From Gekko japonicus (Eukaryota), in NCBI RefSeq assembly GCF_001447785.1, contig NW_015163100.1, positions 1,190,186 through 1,254,185 of the forward strand: a stretch of DNA of 64,000 nucleotides, given 5' to 3'. A program made the translations under genes and the position numbers. Positions 58,001-64,000 of this stretch are shown here, piece after piece (positions within the stretch are counted from its first letter, which is position 1; each line of letters begins with the position of its first letter). The notes below the pieces were generated by a model that was not told where the DNA came from, did not search any database, and was given only the letters and a program-made list of their open reading frames with translations.

Positions 58001-59078
58001 AGTCATGCCGGCCACATGACCACGGAAACGTCTTCGGACAGCGCTGGCTCTTCGGCTTTGAAACGGAGATGAGCACCGCAACCCTAGAGTCGGACTCGAC
58101 TGGCTTTCGAGCAAGGGAACCTTTACCTTTACTATGTATTAAGCAATGTTAGCCCCTTTGAGCCTGCTTTTGCAGGGAGGGTGGGGTCTAAATTAAATAA
58201 ATAAAATAATAATAAGAAATAAAACAAAGTGCCGCCAGCTCACAGCGGACTTGTAGCCAACCCGTAGGGTTTTCAAGGGGAGAGACAGTCAGAGGTGGCT
58301 TGCCGTTGCCTGCCTCTGTCGAGCAGCCCTGGACCTCCGTGGTGATCTCTCTTCCAGCTACTAACGTGGGCTGACCCTGCATCGATTGCGAGATCTGATG
58401 AGATTAGGCTAGCCTGAACTTTCATATAGCGGGGTTCTTTCTCCTTGGGAGGATTGGCTTAGGACAGCAGTTCCATTTGTGGCCCTTGCAGAAGATGCTG
58501 TGTGACTCCGGGCAGAAAGGAGGCACAAGTGTTCTTTGCTACTCTTGTGAGAAGGCTTTGGCATGGAGCATGGCAGCAAAGCATTCACACCCCTTGGGAA
58601 CTAGAGGAGAAGGATGCCTGGCTGGGCAAGCAGGACAGGCTTTTCCATGGAGACTGGAGAGTCTTCACCCAAAGAATGATTAACCCATGGAATTCACTGC
58701 CATAGGAGGTGGTGGCGGCTACAAGCATGGACGGCTTCAAGAGGGAATTGGATAAGCATATGGAGCAGAGGTCCATCAGTGGCTATTAGCCACAAGGTAC
58801 AGATAGGAACTCTCAGTCTGGGGCAAGGGATGCTCTGTCTTCTTGGTGGTGGTGGGGGCAACAGTGGGAGAGCTTCTAGTGTCCTGGCCGCACTGCTGGA
58901 CCTCCGGATGGCACCTGGTATTTTTGACCACCGTGTGACACAGAGTGTTGGACTGGATGGGCCATTGGCCTGATCCAACATTGGCTTCTCTTATGTTCTT
59001 ACGTTCCCTCTGGCGAGGTTAACAGTCTCTTCTTTCCCCTTCTCTCAACAGTCTGACCTCCAACCTGGGAGCTCTGAG
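52087..59078 (+). CDS. CYB5B: Cytochrome b5 type B (outer mitochondrial membrane), exons 1-3; later exons not found in the window
   Basis: Exon 1 from ATG 52087 (MGTEQGG...PFFTLAEV, truncated at ~52170); exon 2 57418-57546 ([33 protein letters not shown], both heme-ligand His); exon 3 59052-59078 (SDLQPGSSE); synteny next to TERF2. Confidence 0.88.
52520..53070 (-). mobile_element. CR1 3' fragment spanning N-gap 52585-52749
   Basis: ORF segment [29 protein letters not shown]; ggttggactagatgacct 3' motif. Confidence 0.8.
54445..54697 (+). mobile_element. Squam3-like SINE
   Basis: Head cagtttggcgtagtggttagg; tail ataaatccagtctcctctcttctcttc. Confidence 0.8.
56166..56657 (+). repeat. 246-bp tandem duplication (CYB5B intron 1)
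   Basis: Units 56166-56411 and 56412-56657, about 9 substitutions counted by eye. Confidence 0.9.
56867..57114 (-). mobile_element. Squam3-like SINE
   Basis: Family match with (CTT)n tail. Confidence 0.85.
57781..58132 (+). mobile_element. Full-length Sauria SINE (Squam1; BovB partner)
   Basis: tRNA head, gagctcccgt...ccaacctagcagttcgaaagc body, (ACCTTT)n tail, 12-bp TSD tatgtattaagc (57769-57780, 58133-58144). Confidence 0.9.
58225..58420 (-). mobile_element. 5S-derived SINE
   Basis: Similar to 42148-42466 and 48500-48950. Confidence 0.65.
58660..59005 (+). mobile_element. CR1 3' fragment
   Basis: [13 protein letters not shown]...[21 protein letters not shown] followed by a CR1 3' UTR and ttatgttctta tail. 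Confidence 0.85.
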
Positions 59079-59911
59079 GTAAGACATGACTTGCTTGGTG
59101 TTTCTTCCTTTCTGTTCTGTTACAGAAGAGTCCAGGGCAGGCCCGTAGCCAGGATCTTTTTTGTTTGGGAGGCATTTAAATTTTAAGGGGGCAGTTAACT
59201 TGCAGTTAATTAAATTAATCCGAATGCCTGTCTTGAAAGGGGGAGGCTCCAAGCCCGTCCCTCGCCCTTCCTTTCAAGGGGCAGGGCAGCGAGCGCATCA
59301 GTTCTCAGGGGGGGAAACTGCTCAGGGGGCATTCCCTTCCCTCCAGGAGGCATTCCCTTCCACAGCGCAGGGAAGCTTAGAAGGGCACTCCAGAGTGGTA
59401 CTCTCAGTACATCTCCCATCATCCCCCTTTCAGCTAGCCCAGGCCTGCTGTAGACCACCTAGGTCATGGTGAGTCTTTCAAAAGCATCTCCATGAGCCTT
59501 TGGGAAACATGCAAAAAATAAGATTTCCGGCATGGCTATTTGTGGGGCGGGGCTTTTAATTAAGAGGGCGGGCCCCCAAAATGCCCCAGTGTAGCTACAG
59601 GCCTGGTCCAGGGACACCTGGGGACAAGAACTGTCACGTTGCACTGCTCAGCTGGGGCGGGAAGGGGCACCCCGCTGCGGTTTTGCCAGGGAAAGAAGGA
59701 AAATTGCTTCAGCCGGGATCCTGTAGGTGAGCCGGCTGGCGGGGAAGGAGTGCTACAGCCTGTTGGCCTTTCCCAGAGACTTTTCTTCCCGGAAGCCAAA
59801 CAGTCCATGGCTCAACAGCAACTCTTTGTGTCCTGGTATCGCACCCGCGGTCTACTCCTCTCTGACTGCTGCAGGTAGAGAGAGGCTTTTCCATTTTCCA
59901 GCGTTATGGGA

Positions 59912-61652
59912 GAAGCCACCCAGTGGCCGGCCGCCCCGGTCCTTGTCTTTTTGTAGCCATGTGGGAGGAAGCCCTCGGGGTGAAAGGTGCTGCTTGTCTT
60001 TGCTGGGGGAGCTGGGGGCTCCTTCTTTGTCAGGCTGCTGCTTGCAGCTAGAGGGTGTGGGGTGTGTGTGTGTAGGCTGGAGGCCTAGGTCACATAGTTT
60101 CCCCCCCATCTCATGACCAGTCTCACGGTGAGCTCAGTTGCCAGGTCGTCTGAAGCCACCCAGTGGCCTGCCGCCCCGGTCCTTGTCTTTTTGTAGCCAT
60201 GTGGGAGGAAGCCCTCGGGGTGAAAGGTGCTGCTTGTCTTTGCTGGGGGAGCTGGGGGCTCCTTCTTTGTCAGGCTGCTGCTTGCAGCTAGAGGGTGTGT
60301 GGGGTGTGTGTGTGTGTGGAGGCTGGAGGCCTAGGTCACATTGGATCCCCCCCATCTCATGACCAGTCTAACAGTGAGCTCAGTGGCCAGGGTGGCCAGC
60401 TTAGAACTGCGGCTCTCAGCTGAGGGACGCAGAAATAGAATAGGTGGGACGTGGGGTTTCCGTACCAGTTACTAAGAATATGTTCTCCCCCAGTGCCTTT
60501 GAGTTACTCACAGCAATAAAAGGTGTTCCCAATGACCCTGCCGTTCCTAAAGCTTGCCATGAGTGACAAATGTCACAACAGGGTGCCTGTACATGTGCAC
60601 GTGCCCTTCCTGGAAACAGTGGCATTTTTGTTTCTGTCCTGTTGGGAAGCAGGCTCTTTGACAGCGTGGTCGCGGCTCTCAGCTGAGGGACGCAGAAATA
60701 AAATAGGTGGGACATGGGGTTTCCGTACCAGTTACTAAGAATTTGTTCTCCCCCAGTGCCTTTGAGTTACCCACAGCAATAAAAGGTGTTCCCAATGACA
60801 CTGCCGTTCCTAAAGCTTACCATGAGTGACAAATGTCACAACAGGATGCCTGTAAATGTGCATGTGCCCTTCCTGGAAACAGTGGCATTTTTGTTTCTGT
60901 CCTGTTGGGAACCAGGCTCTTTGACAGCGTGGTCAGTGGGACTTCAGATAGGAAGGCTGGAAACTCTTGGTTTAGAATTTCCCTCAAAACGAGCTCCAAG
61001 CGCTGTCTTGGAATGAGCATGAAGTCCCAGCCCATCGCTTATAGAACAGGTCCTGAGCTTTGGATTCTGAACGTTGTGCCTTCTCATGAAGGGTATAGTT
61101 CAAAATGGCCTCATGCTTGTGGGGACTGGTTGCTTCCCTGCGTGCAAGAGGATTGTCTCGACAGGCGCCAAAGTCAGTACCCAGCGGTGATTTAAGATGC
61201 CCCGCGGTGTGAAAGAGCCATGTAGACATGAAGACACCCAGAGAGAGAACCACCACCCAGATGTAAACATCCGCTGCAGCAGAGGTGGCCTCTACGGGAG
61301 CCAGTCACTGTGTAGGCTGGTGGTTCCTGCCTCTGCCTTCACCTAGAACAGGTCCTGAGCTTTGGATTCTGAACGTTGTGCCTTCTCATGAAGGGTATAG
61401 TTCAAAATGGCCTCATGCTTGTGGGGACTGGTTGCTTCCCTGCGTGCAAGAGGATTGTCTCGACAGGCACCAAAGTCAGTACCCAGCGGTGATTTAAGAT
61501 GCCCCGCGGTGTGAAAGAGCCATGTAGACATGAAGACACCCAGAGAGAGAACCACCACCCAGGTGTAAACTTCCTCTGCAGCAGAGGTGACCTCTACGGG
61601 AGCCACGGACGGGAGTCACTGTGTCGGCTGGTGGTTCCTGCCTCTGCCTTCA
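59912..61652 (+). repeat. Three consecutive unrelated tandem duplications (240, 263 and ~302 bp units)
   Basis: 59912/60152, 60409/60672, 61042/61344. Confidence 0.9.
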
Positions 61653-61810
61653 TCTCATCCCCCCAGTCAAAGTCTACTGTGTCCTTCGGGAAAGGGAATA
61701 TCCCACAGGTGTCTGTGGTGGGCTGCTGCTTTATTTCCCCAGGACTTGCTGGTGATGTGTTCCCAACATTGAGATTTTGGCTGAGGAGGGAGAGGGGCAG
61801 GGGTCACAGG

Positions 61811-62016
61811 CAATGTTCCCTCTAAGCTGGGTTAGTGTGAGCTGGCTCACAGTTTTTTAGCCTCCAGCTCACACATTTTTGCCTTAGCTCAGGAAGGAGG
61901 GCTCCAGAGCAAACTAATTCATGCAGCAGCCAAATCGCTCGCTCACCACTTTAATGCTGGTAGCTCACAAAGTAGGATTTTTGCTCACAAGACTCCAAAG
62001 CTTAGAGGGAGCCTTG
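61811..62016. mobile_element. hAT MITE family A
   Basis: TIRs; partial TSD gtcacagg / gtcacaca. Confidence 0.85.
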
Positions 62017-64000
62017 GTCACACAGGTGACGTGCTTCTGTCAGCCTTGCCCTCTTCCCAGGAGCAGGAAGGCTGACAGAAGCCAGGCGCAAACGCCTGTG
62101 GAAAGGGGCTGACCTGGCCATCAGGGAAAGCCTCGGCTTGCTTCTACGGCTGACAGCTAAAGGGAGGCTTGGGTGCTGGGCGAGAGGCTACCGAGCAGAG
62201 GGTGCCACCTCCAGCGCCCGTCGTTTCCTCTGTGCCATAGAAGGGAGCCTCTGTTTCTCCCCCCCCCCCCCCCCCCCCAATGAGGTGGTGGTCAGCCTCC
62301 CTGCTGCGTGGTTTGTATCAGAATTTCCTGGACCAATTTCTATAGAAACCACCGTTGCTCTTGGGGTTGGAACCGGGGCCTTGCTAAACAAACACCGTCT
62401 GTCACTTTGGGGTCTCAGGCATGCTGCATTTTTGTACCTCGGTTGGTCCCCGTTGTTGTCAGACCGTCTGGCAGCCCCTGCTCCCAAGGAAACCTCCCTC
62501 AAGCCTGTCTTTGTTTTGTGTCTTTTCTCCCTCTGCTAGGCTAACTGAAGGGTTGCTTTTGCATGCTTCACCTCCTCCCTAGCTGCTTGCTCAGTGCTGG
62601 CTTTCTCACTGTTTCTGCGTGCTCAGCGAAAGCAACTTCTGTGAGTCTCAAGAAATAATCACGTAATCTTCCTACAAGGGCAGATTGATGCAGGCTCAGA
62701 AATGTTTACTCGTGCTGTTTAGACAAAATCCCGGTAGCTGGAGAAGCCTCTTAGCTGAGGGCCCCTGCAGGCGTTGCCTCGTCCACAGGCAGAGAGAGCC
62801 CTCCCGTGCGGACGTGTGCCCCCACCCCCACCCCGTCTGTGAGCTCCACTCTTTGATCCAGCGGCCTGAAGGTTCCCTGGCCAGCAGGGTGGGTTGCGGA
62901 GAAGTCATCCTCTGGCTGGGAGAAGGGGCAAGCTGGGCTGGCTGGTTTTGCAGGAGCCTACAGCTCTTCTGAGGTCAGAGGAGTGTTTGCTTAAATATCT
63001 GTATACCTCTTTTCTTTCACACTGGGGGTGCAAAAGCAAAATACACATAAGCAACAGAATTTAAACAAAAATAGACAACCCCAAACCCTCTCCCAATTCA
63101 GTGTGAAGCAGGTGGTGAGCCACAAGGACAGGGGCCGGCTCTGTTGGCGTGGGTCCTACGGGAGCAGGGGCTGCCAACCACTCTGGCTCCTGCCTCTGGA
63201 CAGGCTGGACAAGGGAGGGGCGGGTGCCCAGTCCAGGTCCGGTTCAGCTGGCTTAGACCTTCTCATTCTCTCCCCCCTTGGCAAGAGGGACTGTGGAGAA
63301 GAAGAAGAGTCCTCATGAGCAGCGCAAGCTGCCAGTCAGGGCGGGTGATGCTGAGGTGGTGTGGCCAGAGGGCTCTGCCCGTGCACTTTGCTGGGTAGGA
63401 AGGAAGCCCCAGCAGTCACAGGAGCCGAGAGCCTTGATCTCTCTCATAGAAGTCGCCGTTTATGGCTCTTTTGTTGTTGTTGCAAAAACAGTAATTAAGA
63501 AGAAGGAGTCCCCGTGGGCTGTTGAGTAAGGGAGTGGTGGCATGCCGACAATCAAAGGCTTTCACTCCACAGTTTCAGAAGTGAAGTGGCAATTCTGGGC
63601 AGAAACCAAGTTCTCTCTCTCTGATAGTATTATTTGCTCTCTGATGTGGGGGTGGGGGTGGCAGGGAACGTGCCGTGCAGCAGAGCAGCCTCGCTAAGGT
63701 GGACTGTCTGTCTCTCCTGCCCATTTCCCTTTCACGAGACCTGCCTTCTGCCTCGGGACGTGGAGGGTGAAGGGCAGCTTCCGTAGGGTAGGACTTCCGC
63801 GTCACCCTGACCCCAGCCAGCTCTCTGGTTTTGCGGGCAAATTTCTTGAAGGCTGCCCTTGCCTAAGCCGCTGCCCCAAGGTCTTGGGGTGTGGATGCGT
63901 GGCCACTGCTGCTCGCTCTTTCACCTGCCACGGGATAGCTCATCTGCTGGGTGTTGTCGTCACGTGGTGGGTCTACGCTAGTTGCGTCTCTTGTCTGAAG

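Noticed and set aside
59690-59726. Candidate CYB5B exon 4 (donor ag|gtgagc)
   Set aside because: Length and phase do not fit the expected ~29-nt phase-2 exon; no transmembrane-coding last exon found in the window

Overview
Vertebrate genomic DNA from a squamate reptile, probably a gecko (inferred from Squam3-like SINEs with (CTT)n tails, a Sauria SINE, a BovB LINE and 5S-derived SINEs). It is a draft assembly with seven N-gaps. The window holds the conserved cluster syntenic with human 16q22.1: VPS4A (+, exons 3-11), PDF (-), COG8 (-), NIP7 (+, head-to-head with COG8), TMED6 (-), TERF2 (-, 10 exons) and the first three exons of CYB5B (+). Introns and intergenic DNA are dense with SINEs, LINE fragments, a Gypsy remnant and several hAT MITE families. 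I found no evidence for a wholly new multi-gene system. The best leads are: (1) a remodelled TRF2 TRFH docking loop that lacks the F120-equivalent residue, apparently after a splice-donor shift; (2) a Gypsy LTR abutting the TERF2 5' end, with an inverted copy of the promoter segment nearby; (3) a stop-free in-frame PDF intron where a conserved segment is missing; (4) a 39-bp TIR-only hAT element with a perfect target-site duplication (TSD). Several GC-rich exons lack internal pieces and several local duplications occur, which may be assembly errors. All human comparisons are recalled from memory and need re-alignment.
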